Assembly: GCA_964016885.1 (NCBI GenBank)
Contig: OZ024745.1
Coordinates: 73,346,001-73,410,000, forward strand
Reading direction: 5' to 3'
Source of the DNA: Eledone cirrhosa
Taxonomy: Eukaryota
DNA: 64,000 bases
A model generated the notes under the pieces. The model saw nothing but the letters and a program-made list of their open reading frames with translations. It made no database searches and was not told the origin of the DNA. Positions 50,782 to 63,761 of this stretch are shown here, piece by piece (positions within the stretch are counted from its first letter, which is position 1; every line of letters begins with the position of its first letter). The position numbers and the translations under genes are program-made.

Positions 50782-51142
50782 AAACTAAAAATCAGTGATG
50801 CATCTGAACTCAATTTATTGTGTCTTACAATTGTTTCACCGGCAGACAGCTCGAGACACGATCATTGTGTTGGTCTGTCTGAGTCTCGATCCGCAGGTTC
50901 GACGGACACGTCTAATGATTTCGGAGCAAATTCTTTCACTGGGGTGTTAGCGTCAAAAACATCCTCTTGCGCGTCCTGTTATTGGCTGCTGTTTTTCTAC
51001 GTCATCGTAATTTTGACCAACAAGTGTCATTCGACTGACCACCATCAGCTGTCGCATTTCTGCCACACTTCGATGAATTACTACTGGGTTTGGTAGTTCA
51101 TACGTTCACGCGCGCACTCATACACACATATACACACACACG

Positions 51143-51216
<74 letters not shown>

Positions 51217-51396
51217 CGCATACACATGCATACGCGTATATATACTCGTATACCCAAACACGTACAGACATATACATAGACACCCCGCCCCCTTTTCCCC
51301 CTTATTCCCCCATGGACACGCACATACACACACGTGTCCATATATAGAGGCACAGATACAGACGCGCTCGCAAACACACACACACACACATACACG

Positions 51397-51450
<54 letters not shown>

Positions 51451-51575
51451 AACAAGCCCTTTCCCTATATTGGGTGCTAGTACACACACACACACACACT
51501 GGCTCATATACACTCTTACAAATATGCGCATATTCACATACAGGCCCACGCACGCCTACAAAGATATATACATAT

Positions 51576-52039
51576 ATATACGATATTAAACAAATGGAAA
51601 CTATATTTATAAAACCATATTTATTTCATTATACATATTTCAGGGATACCATATTAAAAATATGGCATGCCTTCTTCAGACAAAATACAATATATAAGCA
51701 GTTTTATAAATAAATTTGACGTACCATAGAATTTTGAACAACTTCCATTTAAAAAAGTTGGAAGTTGTTCAAAATTCTATGGTACGTCAAATTTATTTAT
51801 AAAATGGTACGTCAAATTTATTTATAAAACTGCTTATATATTGTATTTTATCTGAAGAAGGCATGCCATATTTTTAATATGGTATCCCTGAAATATGTAT
51901 AATGAAATAAATATGGTTTTATAAATATAGTTTCCATTTGTTTAATATCGTATATCTACTCCAAAATTTGTTGAGTGCTTTATATCAGTTATAAAATATT
52001 TACTCGTTGTAACCCAACAATTTTTAAATAAAACTTTTG

Positions 52040-52043
<4 letters not shown>
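51576..52043 (+). mobile_element. Family X fold-back, copy 2, with a hammerhead in both arms
   Basis: Arms ~51576-51747 / ~51759-51955, and the long arm continues to 52043 and (TA)n. HHR tattttat-CTGAAGA-agg...ccct-GAAA-tatgta-TA-atgaaata at 51844-51909. Confidence 0.88.
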
Positions 52044-52069
<26 letters not shown>

Positions 52070-52070
<1 letters not shown>

Positions 52071-52833
52071 GATCAAGTGATTGTCTCGTTTTTTGAAGTT
52101 TGTGTTACAGATAGTTAGGTTATTAGCGTCACAGAATTCTAGGATTCTGGAGCCTTCCTCATTTCTACTACCAAACCTTCTTCTTTTTTATATATCTCTA
52201 TGTGACGTTATATGTATATTTTTAATATATTACATATTTCTTTTATATATGTGTATATACGTATGTGTATATATAGATGTATATATATATGTATATATAT
52301 GTATGTGTATATATGTATGTGTATGGTTATATTGTTTATATATGTGCATGCTTATAACAAGATGCATAATTTCATGTATGACCCATTGTGTATCTTTATA
52401 TGACTTTGTGTATATATCCTATTTGTGTGTATATATATATGTGTATATATATATATATATACACAAATAGGATATATACACAAAGTCATATAAAGATACA
52501 CAATGGGTCATACAATGGGTCATACATGAAATGATGCATCTTGTTATAAGCATGCACATATATAAACAATATAACCATACACATACATATATATACACAT
52601 ACATATATAAACATATATATATACATCTATATATACACATACGTATATACACATATATAAAAGAAATATGTAATATATTAAAAATTTACATATAACGTCA
52701 CATAGAGATATATAAAAAAGAAGAAGGTTTGGTAGTAGAAATGAGGAAGGCTCCAGAATCCTAGAATTCTGTGACGCTAATAACCTAACTATCTGTAACA
52801 CAAACTTCAAAAAACGAGACGATCACTTGATCA
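52070..52833. repeat. Inverted duplication (~360-bp arms) centred on a TA-rich tract; copies the first ~108 bp of the RTE fragment plus its flank
   Basis: 52070-52430 is the reverse complement of ~52460-52833. 52726-52833 encodes GFGSRNEEGSRILEFCDANNLTICNTNFKKRDDHLI, in frame with the downstream RTE. Confidence 0.92.
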
Positions 52834-54960
52834 CCTACAGATCAGGGGAACATACCAGCCAGGTAGATTATATCCTTAACAGAAGACGTATCAGAGTGTC
52901 TGTTGTAAACACTAAATCCCCCATGAAGAATGCACCTTCCAACATAGACTCATAGTTAGCGACCTCATAGTCAGGACGAGACATACTTGACAACAGAGGA
53001 GGACTATCCTAAGGAGAAGAATATGGCAGTTAAAGGACCCCACAGCCAGTAACAAATTTAAAAGCATATTACTTGATGCTTTTGACAGTAAGGAAGAGCA
53101 ATTAGAGACGTACAATATAGAGGAACAGTGGGAATTCCTGAAAGTTAACCTGCTGAAGGCGACAGTTGAAATCTGTGGCTGGAGCAGACCTATAGGCAGG
53201 AGGAGAGTAACGTGGTGGTGGAACAGTAAGGTGGAGGAGTCAATCAAGGCCAAAAAGCAGGCTTGGAAAGTATGGCGGGATGGGGGAAGTAGAGAAGACT
53301 ATCAAGTAGCCAGGAGGGAAGCTAGGAGACAAGTGTACTTTGCAAGAAGGGAAGCAGACGAAAGAAAGTTCAAGCATGTTCTACAACGCGAAGACCAAAA
53401 ACGTGAGGTGTTCAGGATTGTTAGGCAATGTGTCAAGGAAAACCGTGATATTGTCGGGGAGAAGTGTGTCCGTAATGATGATGGTGTACTTGCCATCACT
53501 GATGCTGATAAGAAGGTAGCTTGGAAGTGTCACTACGAGAGGCTACTAAATGAGGAGAATAAGTGGGAAAAAGATAGTCTGCCCCACATCGATCCAATAG
53601 AGGGACCAGCAGTGCAAGTTGAAGGTAGTATAATAAGTAAGGCAATCAAAGATATGAAGACAAGCAAGGCACCTGGGCCTTCGGAGATAGTTGCTGAAAG
53701 CATCTGGAACGGTGGGACACACTGTGGTCACCCGGATAGTAAACCAAGTCATACAGAACTGTGTCATACCAAATGACTGGCGTAGCAGCATCATCTTTAA
53801 CTGCTACAAGGGTAAAGGAGATGCCCTAGATAGGGGAAACTATAGACGCATTAAATTAATTGACCAGGTCATGAAGGTCACAGAAAAAGTTATAACACAA
53901 CTAATAAGAGAGCAAATTGATCTAGACGAAATGCAGTTTGGGTTTGTGTCAGGTAAAAGTACCACAGACGCCCTTTTCTTTGTACGACAACTACAGGAGA
54001 AGTACCTAGCTAAAAGTAAACCCCTATACTTAGCTTTTGTTAACTTGGAGAAAGCATTTGACAGAGTCCCCCGCTCGATTATCTGGTGGGCCCTTAGAAA
54101 ATTAGGGGTTGATGAATGGCTGGTGAGAGCTATACAAGCCATGTATAAAGAAACAGTCAGCAAGGTTAGAATTAACAACGAATATAGTGAAGAATTTAGC
54201 ATAAAAGTTGGTGTTCATCAGGGCTCTGTTCTTAGTCCCCTCCTATTTATTATTTCCCTTCAGGCTATAACAGAGGAGTTCAAGACCGGCTGCCCATGGG
54301 AACTTCTATATGCAGATGATCTAACGCTCATAGCTGAATCGATGGCTGAACTAGAGAAGAAATTCCAAACATGGAAGCATGGCCTAGAATCAAAAGGCCT
54401 TAAAGTTAACTTGTCTAAGACTAAAGTTCTAGTATGTAGGAAGGAAAATAGGGCACAGGTCACCATGGGAAATGGCCATGCTCAGTGTGTAGGGAAGGAG
54501 TAGGCAGAAATTCCATTTTATGTCCCTAATGCAAAGTATGGGTGCATAAAAGATGTAGTGGGATCACAGGTAAGCTATCTAAGAACGTAGATTTTATATG
54601 TGGCCGGTGCTCAGGTGCAATAGGTAGCAAGTGTCCACAGGATACTAGCTCCTTCTATTGCCCAGATGTCTCTATAGAAATAGTGGACACCTTCCGTTAC
54701 CTGGGTGACAAACTCAGCAGTGGTGGAGGGTGCTCTGAAAGTACAGTAGCCAGAGTCAGAACGGGATGGAAAAAGTTCAGAGAGCTTATACCACTATTGA
54801 CCACTAAAGTTTTCTCTCTAAAAATGAAAGGCAGACTGTATGATGTCTGCATACGAACTGTTATGTTACATTGCAGTGAGACATGGGCATTGTGTGCAGA
54901 GGATCTGCGCAGACTGGAGAGGAACGAAGCATGCATGCTCCGCTGGATGTGTAATAGTAA
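52726..54960 (+). pseudogene. RTE-clade LINE fragment: APE C-terminus - RT - PHD-like Cys cluster; frameshifted
   Basis: HLITYRSGEHTSQVDYIL, KAPGPS, KGKGDALDRGNYR, FVNLEKAFDRVPR, GVHQGSVLSPLLF, LLYADDL, WVHKRCSG...FICGRC, FRYLGD. Confidence 0.93.
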
Positions 54961-55160
54961 TACACGGTGTATTTTTGGTTAAGAGGTATCTACTGACTGT
55001 AGGTTTCGCTTTGTACTTAGGCAAGGTCTTCTGTATTACTGCGTAGCGTCAAAGATCTCGGTCCAATGACATTGTCTTGGAGAGGTGTAAGTGTGTCAGG
55101 TCGGATTTTATCAAATCGTCCCAGGTTTTTCTGGGTCTGCCTACTCCGTAGCTTCCATCA
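54961..55160 (-). mobile_element. RTE-like ORF C-terminus in inverted orientation, tail-to-tail with the body
   Basis: Minus strand reads KCRAIKIDGSYGVGRPRKTWDDLIKSDL. Confidence 0.75.
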
Positions 55161-55214
55161 ATTTTGATCGCCCTGCATTTTTTTATATATATATAAATCT
55201 ACATACATACATAT

Positions 55215-55666
55215 ATGGTTGCTGCCAACTCGTTTTCGAGTACGGCCACTACTTTATATCCATGTAGGAGAACCCCTACCAATGGGCTGAACGAGTGTGA
55301 CTTTTTAGTCCAGCCAGCGACTTGAAAACTCTGGTACAAACACTAAACTTGTGACAATTATTGACACATAGTGCTGGGCCCATGGTACCATGTGACGACA
55401 AGTGCAGAGAGATCTCCAGATATAAAGCAATGCCTGTGCCGTGAAGCTTTTATAGTGAGCAAAGGCACTGCACAAAGCCAGTCCCACTCTCTTAACCAAG
55501 ATGATATTTACCAAAAAGAAGAACAAGTCAACATCATTGGATACCATCAGGATTGCAGGTGTTATATCAGAGTTTTCCTTCTCCTAGAATTCTGCCTTGA
55601 CAAAGGCTAAGGGGTCATCTCACCCGGTGATTTTAGATGGCCATTGACTCTTAAGAGCTCCTTTGC
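55215..55666 (-). mobile_element. Second, shorter copy of the 16004-16556 element, also in TA/CATA repeats
   Basis: High identity; ORF-track peptides 16160-16399 and 55371-55610 are nearly identical. Confidence 0.75.
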
Positions 55667-56319
55667 CCTTTGATACATACATATATATATACATATATAC
55701 ATACATACATTTACCTATGTATATAGCTATGCATTTATACATTTGTATATATATACATGCATTTATATTTAAGTGTGTAAGGATGTTGACATGATTTATG
55801 TTATTTTTGTTTGGTAAGGAGAACATTTTGACTCCAGATTTTATTACCTAGGAAGATTAAATACCACAGATCTTGCTGAAAGCCGACCAGGTTCTCAACC
55901 CCATCAAACACCAGCGCCGGCCTGTGTATGTACGTATGCATGTGTGTGTATGATTGTATGTATGTAATATGTATACACCCACACCTTTCATCACCATTGC
56001 TTCTTTTTCTTGTCGTTTCTGTTGTTCTTGTAACTGTTGTAAAAGTTGACGTCCTTATTTCCATTTTCTTTGATTTCTTTCGTTTTTCTTTTATCTCCCT
56101 AGGGAATTCGTTGACAAGCTTCTTTTATTTATTTTGTTCGTTTTCTTCATTCAAATGCATTCACACTGGCTGTCTCAGAGACGTACAAATATGGCTTATA
56201 AAACTTACCTAAGTAAATAGCTTAGCGCACCCCCCTCCCCCCAGCTTCAAACGCCCCCTAATGCCCCCGTGCTCCAAAACGCCCACCCCTCCGTTGAGAA
56301 CCTTTGATATACGGCGTTT

Positions 56320-56570
56320 CTAGGGCATTTTAAAACCTGGCGGAGTCTATCTCCTCTCCAAGCCTGAATACAGCAGGTTTCTTCAAGAGAATGATAGAGA
56401 TTGAAATGATGGAAGTGAGAAAGAGATATAGAGGAAGAATCGACACTAGTACTAGACTAGTACTTTTTTTGTCGACCTCGAATGGGTTTGAACTCAGAGA
56501 GTAGAGACTCGAAACGAATAGCGCAAAACATTCTATCCGACCTTCTAATGACTCTGCCAATTCACTGCCT
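56320..56570 (-). mobile_element. SINE family 2
   Basis: Reverse-complement match to 48638-48920. Confidence 0.7.
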
Positions 56571-56949
56571 TTCATTCTAGTTAGCATTTTTAATACTCCA
56601 ACCATGAGAAACGTCAATACTAACTTATCAACTGATACACATAACCAGAGGCCACTATTTAGCTTTCTCGTTCACCAGATTAGTAATAGCAAGATTTCCT
56701 GTTACAATAGGCACTGACAGAGTATAGTATTTGGGTTTACTTTCAGTCACTCACACACACACAGGGATCTTTTGTTTTTTCAATCGAAAATTGTGTAGGA
56801 AGTATGGATCATAATTATGGATTATATAAGAACATGTGTGACTAGTAAGTAAGCCATAATTAGTTGTGCAATAAATATTTAATTTCAGTTATTATTAATT
56901 GGGTAAATTGACTAATAAGAATATCTATCACAAACCTATAAATAATAAT

Positions 56950-57144
56950 AATAATAATTGTTCTACTTTTGGCACAAGGCCAGCAATTACCCAGTGCATT
57001 ACTGGTACTTTATTTTATCGACCCCGTAAGGATGAAAGGCAAAGTTAACCTCGGCGGGATTTGAACTCAGAATGGCAAGGGCCGTAACTCTATGCATCAA
57101 AGCATGGCATCCAACCCTCTACCGATACTGCCAATTCACCGCCC
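56950..57144 (-). mobile_element. SINE family 1 copy inside an (AAT)n tract
   Basis: Complete head, core and tail, with (AAT)n on both sides. Confidence 0.9.
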
Positions 57145-57782
57145 TAAATAATAATAATAATAATAATAATAATGATTTCTTTAGTACATGTGCATTTTAA
57201 ACAATTTGGACAAATGTTCTTCTATGAGTTAAGTTTCTAACCTTGGGCTTATATTTTTTCCCCCTCCTCCTGTCCTGTTGTGACAATCTTAATGTCAGTG
57301 GTATCTGACTAGCTAGCCTGCACGCTATTTCTGCAACAAGTCTCACAACCATATCTTCATCATGGTACCGGTTGCTGTTCAAATATTGGACTATGTTTCT
57401 GTATTAGTTACCTTCTGTATTATTGGAACTTTATAGAAACGACGTTGACTTATGGATAGTTTATTGTTTGCCTAAAGAAAGCAGTCATCAAAAGGACATA
57501 TAATGTTAAGTAAAATCTACTTGAATTTCTTAATTCGCAGAATAATGATAATTTGTATGCTGTTCAAGATAAGAGCTGAATTTATTATATATCTAATTCT
57601 TAAAGAAGTCAACTAGATGGTTTCACAATTAATTTGATAACAGTTAGCAATGTTTACTTGTCATACTTTTCTCAGAATGGTTTGAATGGATTCTTTCGTA
57701 CACACACATACACACATGCACGCCCGCACACACATACACACACACACGCGCGCGCGCGCATACTCACTCATATATATATACA

Positions 57783-57883
57783 CAGGGTGTCCCAAAAATT
57801 GTATACATACACTTTAATTATCTGTACAAGCAATATTTATTAGAATTCTGTTGAAGTGTGTATACATTTTTTGGGACACCCTG
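57783..57883. mobile_element. 101-bp Tc1/mariner MITE
   Basis: TIRs cagggtgtcccaaaaa.tgtataca / tgtatacattttttgggacaccctg; TA on the right flank. Confidence 0.85.
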
Positions 57884-57904
57884 TATATATATATATTTAT
57901 ATAT

Positions 57905-57978
57905 ATAAATATAAGTATGCATACGTACATACATATATGTATACAAACGTGCAGTAGTATGTATATACATACATACAT

Positions 57979-58024
<46 letters not shown>

Positions 58025-58323
58025 GTATGGGTTTACCGAACATTTCTTATAATGCTCGGTTTGTTTGTAAACAAACAGCTCGAATTATTAGCCGTACATT
58101 GTTCAGCAACCATCGTTGCCATTTTGTTCAACACTGACAAAGGAACGATGAACTAGTTTCTAGCTTATTAGCTGTCATCAGCACCGTATGCCTTCCTGTC
58201 AGTCGATTGAACGTTTGAAAGTATATACTTACCTTATGCATATTAACGGCTGAGCAGCCTAATTTGCTACTGTACGTCTGTATACATATATGTATGTACG
58301 TATACATACTTATATTTAAGTAG
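57905..58323. mobile_element. MITE-like element with ~50-bp AT-rich inverted termini
   Basis: taaatataagtatgcatacgtacatacatatatgtatacaaacgtgcagtag / ctactgtacgtctgtatacatatatgtatgtacgtatacatacttatattta. Related to 45790-45965. Confidence 0.65.
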
Positions 58324-59837
58324 AGAAAGAAATATTGACTGGTTTGGTGTGACTATGAAGTAATCAGTGAGCGCACTGTTTCAGAGTAACGAATGAGAAA
58401 TTGTCACGACTCGTTGCCTTGTTGAGTTGGAGTGATCGAAGAAGTTTTCACATATAATGTTGGTGTGAATATGAAGGTGAGAAAAATAGAGTAATGAAGG
58501 AAAATTGGCGGGAAGTTTTGCTGTGTGTGAACAGTTTAGAATTCTCTTCACTCCACTACATCCTCATTCTTTATTCCCTTTTCACTCTCTTACCAAATTT
58601 GTCTTACTCCTTTTCAGCATGGATATGTGCATACATTTTGGGAAATAAGGCTGTTTGTTTACTCTAGGCACAGGAATGACTGTGTGCTTAAAAATTTACT
58701 TTTGCAATCACATAGCTCCCGGCTCTATCCAACAGCGTGTCACATTCGACAATTGACGTCTACTATAGCCTAGAGTAAACCTCACCCTTGTCAATAAAAT
58801 ATATTCTCGTAAAGACACAGAGCCAATGGTGAATACAAGCCGTCGGCCATTATTTGGCATCCAGCCCCTGCAAACAATTGTTAGCTTGAGATTGAGAAAA
58901 GGGAGAACAAAAATATACAACACTAAGAATAATTGCAAAGGAAAACCTGCAAAGAAAAACATTAGCACAATCCAATTTCTCTTCATATTAAATAAATAAA
59001 AGTCTTAAATAAAAAATACTCCCAAAGCGCATGTTCTCAGAAAAGTAAAGATATCTCCTGTTCTTTGATATTTAAATATACGATGTTTCTGTGTCTCTCA
59101 TTTTCTCTCTTTCTCTCTTCCTTTCTCTCTCTCTTCCTCTTTCTTCCTCTTTCTCTCCCCCTCTCTTTCTATCTTTCCCCTCTCTCCCTCTTTCTCCCCT
59201 CCTCCCCATCTCTCACTCCCTCTAATTCTCATTCACTCCCCCCCTCTCACTTTCTTTCCCACCATCTGAATGTTAGTTTAATTTCATAGTTTATAGTTTA
59301 TTCGTTATACTTCATTAGAAAGCTCGACCACGTCAGCGTGAGGTGGGGTGGGGACAGGTGTGTGTGGGGAGACTAAAAACAACAATACTAAAAAGAAAAC
59401 TAAAAGTAAAAGTCGAAGTATAATAGTAAAATAAATACAAAATGAAAACCTAATATAATATAGTTCTGTTCCATATTTTTTTACGATCGTTATCATTATC
59501 AAGATCATATCACATATTTTCAAATGAAATTACCATTTTAATACAAAACACACAAACAAATAGATGAACAAAAAAAAAAAAAAAGAAACAACAGATATTT
59601 AAATAACAAAAACAAAAACAAAAACAAAAAAAAACATCGTTCATAATTGTTTTCCTAATTTTTTAAATCAATATTTTTAGCTTTTAAATACCATTTTGAA
59701 TTAAATTAAGAAATGATTTTATTGGAAACCGAAAGCTTTCTAAATTAGCAATATTGACCAGGTCATCTACTTCTCATCAAACACTCGTTGTACGCTGTAG
59801 TGGATGTTTGTTTTTACAGGTATTAGATTCCGTTAAG

Positions 59838-59838
<1 letters not shown>

Positions 59839-59868
<30 letters not shown>

Positions 59869-60013
59869 CTTCTTCTTCTTCTTCTTCTTCTTCTTCTTCT
59901 TCTCTCCTCCTCCTCCTCCTCCTCCTCCTCCTCCCCCTCCTCCTCCTCCTTCTTCTTCTTCTTCTTCTTCTTCTTCTTCTTCTTCTTCTTCTTCTTCTTC
60001 TTCTTCTTCTTCT
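59839..60013. repeat. Compound (CTT)n-(CCT)n-(CTT)n microsatellite
   Basis: Seen directly in the sequence. Confidence 0.98.
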
Positions 60014-60399
60014 TTCATTTCCTTTCACCCTCATTTCCAATCTCAACTAGTTTCCATCCCCTCCAACTGCCCCTTTTTTTTTTATTCGTTACTGTATTGT
60101 GGTGATGGGGATGGAGAAGGCAGAGCAATAATGCGGTGGCGGGGACATGATGTAGGTGGCAGTACTGGTGGTGGCAGTGGTCGACTGATTACTTTAAACA
60201 TCCTAATTAATCTAAGCCATCGACGATGGAGAGATTTATAAGGGATTAAACAGCTGGGATCATTGTAAATGTGATATCAGGTCATCGGTGATAAATGTTA
60301 TTGGTGTCGCTGGAGATTGTACTGTTGTTTTTGTAACTGCTGCACCTTGCTATAGGTTGTGTTCGTATCGTTTTTGATGATGATAGGACCCGTAATTAT

Positions 60400-61290
60400 T
60401 AGTTTATTGGTTACAGGGAGAAGAAAATATACAAAATATTACATACAAAAGATTACAAACGGAGAAGGGACAAATTAGGAGATACGGTAGAATCTAAAAA
60501 ATACAAAATGCAACATAATAAATAAAACAACAAATATACATATAAAATATACATATAAAATATACATATAAAAGCAAATATAAAAATACTCTCACAAAAG
60601 TCATTAGATTTACCAGCCAGAAAGGACCAGAATATCCCAAGACCTCCAGCCATATTCTATTCCAGACGCTTACTCACACCTGACTGCAAATTCCAGATCG
60701 AAGTGGACCACTCGCTCTCCTATACATACTGATTTGTTTACTTGAATTCCAGAACAACACACCATTCTCCTTCTTCCTATCTTTCATTTCAAGTGATACT
60801 TGTAGAATCCAAATTTCTTGATCCTTCCTAGAAAGCAATGGGATTCCCTTAATCAGATCTACACAACATATGCTAGGACAGCCCATCACCTCCATCGATG
60901 AAAAATAAAAGACAGCGCAGCATGTGACTGTGGGAAACCCTACTAGACAGTGCTGCATGTTGTTCAGGATTGCCCTCTCAGACGTTTTCCCGGCGGCCTG
61001 TAGGCAATCCATAATACTACAAATGGCGCCTTGGTCTAGCTCACCAGCGTCAACTTGTCTCTCTATCCATTGTTCATATGTCGTACGACAAGAAGAATAA
61101 GAATTTTTTGATCAAAGAGGGTGTCCTATGAACAGCCCATTCACTGATGGTCAGCATATAGCCCCTTTTGCTACAGCTATCAGACAGAAAAATTGCAGAT
61201 CTCCTAGAAGGAGGAACATTATCATTTCGTCTAAAATCACATAATAATATTTTCCTTATCTGATAAGAGCGACAAATATAGTGACCATGC
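60400..61290 (-). pseudogene. Possible degraded 3' end of an L1/Tx1-like LINE
   Basis: Higher-complexity block with weak Cys-motif remnants, a T-rich 3' UTR and aataaa at ~60403-60408 (minus strand). Confidence 0.35.
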
Positions 61291-61749
61291 AGGGCTCGAT
61301 TAAATATGAAGCAAACCAAGTAAAGTGGAGCATCAAAGAAAGTGGGGCACCATATAATTCAAATTAAATGCATTTGTCATTTAAAGTTATTTGAAGACTT
61401 TATATATGGGAGTGAGCACTTTAATCTATGAAATGCTCATGGATTCAAAAAGGATTAATCTGATCTTGTAACCATATCAACACAGACACTCACATCTACT
61501 CATCAATAGCTCACTAGATTAATGTCATCGCTTACTCTAACCAGTATTATACGACGAAAGCCAAACAATGTTCAACAAGTTCGGTGTTTCAAGTTCAAGA
61601 ATTCCATAATCAATTTCTTTTTCTATTTTCGTCGCCTAAAGGATTACAATAACGAGAAAGAATGAGCAGCAACGGGTGCAAATCAGATTCAAACAAATAA
61701 ACTCTACAAAATGCATTAAATACTATTCCTTCTATCTGTACCTTCAAAC

Positions 61750-61830
<81 letters not shown>

Positions 61831-61834
<4 letters not shown>

Positions 61835-62635
61835 ATTAATAAATGGAAACTATATTTATAAAACCATATTTATTTCATTATATATATTTCAAGGATACCA
61901 AGTTAAATCATGGTATGCCTTCATCAGACAAAATACAATATATAACAGTTTTATAAATAGATATTGACGTACCCTTTCAAAAAGGTGACCGTTGTTTTTG
62001 GAGGCCATCCGGATAGTGGTTTGTTTACTTTAGTAAGTCATAGTGTTAAGAGTAAGTAAAAAGATGGAGAGAGAGAGAGAGAAACGTGGAGAAAAGAAAG
62101 GGAAAGATAGATAAAGAAAAAGAAGAAAGCAAAAAGAAAAGAGAACAGAGGAAAAATAACGGGGAGATATCAAAACATCAGACAGAGAAAGAACTCTGTC
62201 TGATGTTTTGATATCTCCCCGTTATTTTTCCTCTGTTCTCTTTTCTTTTTGCTTTCTTCTTTTTCTTTATCTATCTTTCCCTTTCTTTTCTCCACGTTTC
62301 TCTCTCTCTCTCCATCTTTTTACTTACTCTTAACACTATGACTTACTAAAGTAAACAAACCACTATCCGGATGGCCTCCAAAAACAACGGTCACCTTTTT
62401 GAAAGGGTACGTCAATATCTATTTATAAAACTGTTATATATTGTATTTTGTCTGATGAAGGCATACCATGATTTAACTTGGTATCCTTGAAATATATATA
62501 ATGAAATAAATATGGTTTTATAAATATAGTTTCCATTTATTAATATTGTATATCTACTCCAAATATTTGTCGAGTGCTTTAAATCAGTTATAATAATATT
62601 TGCTTGTTATATCCCAACAATTTAAATAGAACTTT

Positions 62636-62641
<6 letters not shown>
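61831..62641 (+). mobile_element. Family X fold-back, copy 3: ~357-bp near-perfect arms, 6-nt loop, hammerhead in both arms, (TA)n on both sides
   Basis: 61831-62187 vs 62194-62548; the only difference I saw is a 2-bp (GA)n indel. 93-bp extension to 62641. HHR tattttgt-CTGATGA-agg.atacca...tggtat.cctt-GAAA-tatata-TA-atgaaata at 62444-62508. Confidence 0.92.
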
Positions 62642-62677
<36 letters not shown>

Positions 62678-62685
<8 letters not shown>

Positions 62686-63362
62686 ACAAAGCAATCAAAT
62701 CTATGTTTAATACATTTTATTGCTGACAATCGTTTCTTCCAAACAGTTATTTGGAATCATCGGAGCATTGGCAAAGTTTAAACACATAGATAACTCTCAA
62801 CACATGCAACAACAAAACTTTGTTTATGTATATTACACAATTTGCTTCATAATTTTCACCTTGTATCTTCCCCATGCATTACTGACTGCTTAATATGTTC
62901 ATCCTATTACACCTATATTTTGTGATATCTTTGCCATATTATGATATATATGCTTAATACCTCTGCACTCTTACTACCTATATGCTTATGTACCAATAAT
63001 GCCCTCCTTTGCGAGTAACCCTCTTTTATACTCTTTATTATACCCTTTGTTGCAGACCATAACATCTTTACTCATTTTGAATATGACACTACTGATAGCA
63101 ACAATAGTATCAACATATCTTTATGAATGTTCTGTTAAATAGGAATTTATTTATGTGTTTAAACTTTGCCAATGTTCCGATGATTCCAAACAACTCTTTG
63201 GAAGAAACGATTGTCAGCAATAAAATGTATTAAACATAGATTTGATTGTTCTGTACTTTATATTCCTGCTCTGTAATACACCTGATGTATTCACATTGAG
63301 CTATTTTTCATACTGGTAATAAGGTGGTAAAAAATCAAAAATACTGACCTTTCCTGCTTATA
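62678..63362 (+). mobile_element. Fold-back element (~115-bp diverged arms, ~350-bp spacer) with a variant hammerhead in each arm
   Basis: 62678-62792 vs ~63147-63261. HHR tgtt/tgct-CCGATGA-ttccaaa caactc tttggaa-GAAA-cgattg-TC-agca at 63173-63219, mirrored at ~62721-62767. ~100-bp extension to a TA-rich end. Confidence 0.85.
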
Positions 63363-63391
63363 ATAATATATAGTTTATATATAAGTATAAA

Positions 63392-63432
<41 letters not shown>

Positions 63433-63433
<1 letters not shown>

Positions 63434-63761
63434 GGTCGGTGAATTGGCAGTATCGGTAGCGGATTGGACGCCATGCTTTCTAGCATAGTTACGTCCCTTT
63501 ACAGTCTGAGTTCAAATCCCGCCGAGGTTAACTTTGCCTTTCATCATTACGGGGTCGATAAAATAATGTACTGGATAATTGCTGGCCTTGTACCTAAAGT
63601 AGAAACAATTATTATTTGACGCATAGAGTTACGGCCCTTGCCATTCTGAGTTCAAATCACGCCGAGGTTAACTTTGCCTTTCATCCTTACGGGGTCGATA
63701 AAATAAAGTACCAGTAATACACTGGGTAATTGCTGGCCTTGTGCCTAGCGTAGAAACAATT
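63433..63761 (+). mobile_element. Two tandem SINE family 1 copies
   Basis: 63433-63615 and the 5'-truncated 63620-63761, downstream of (ATT)n. Confidence 0.88.
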
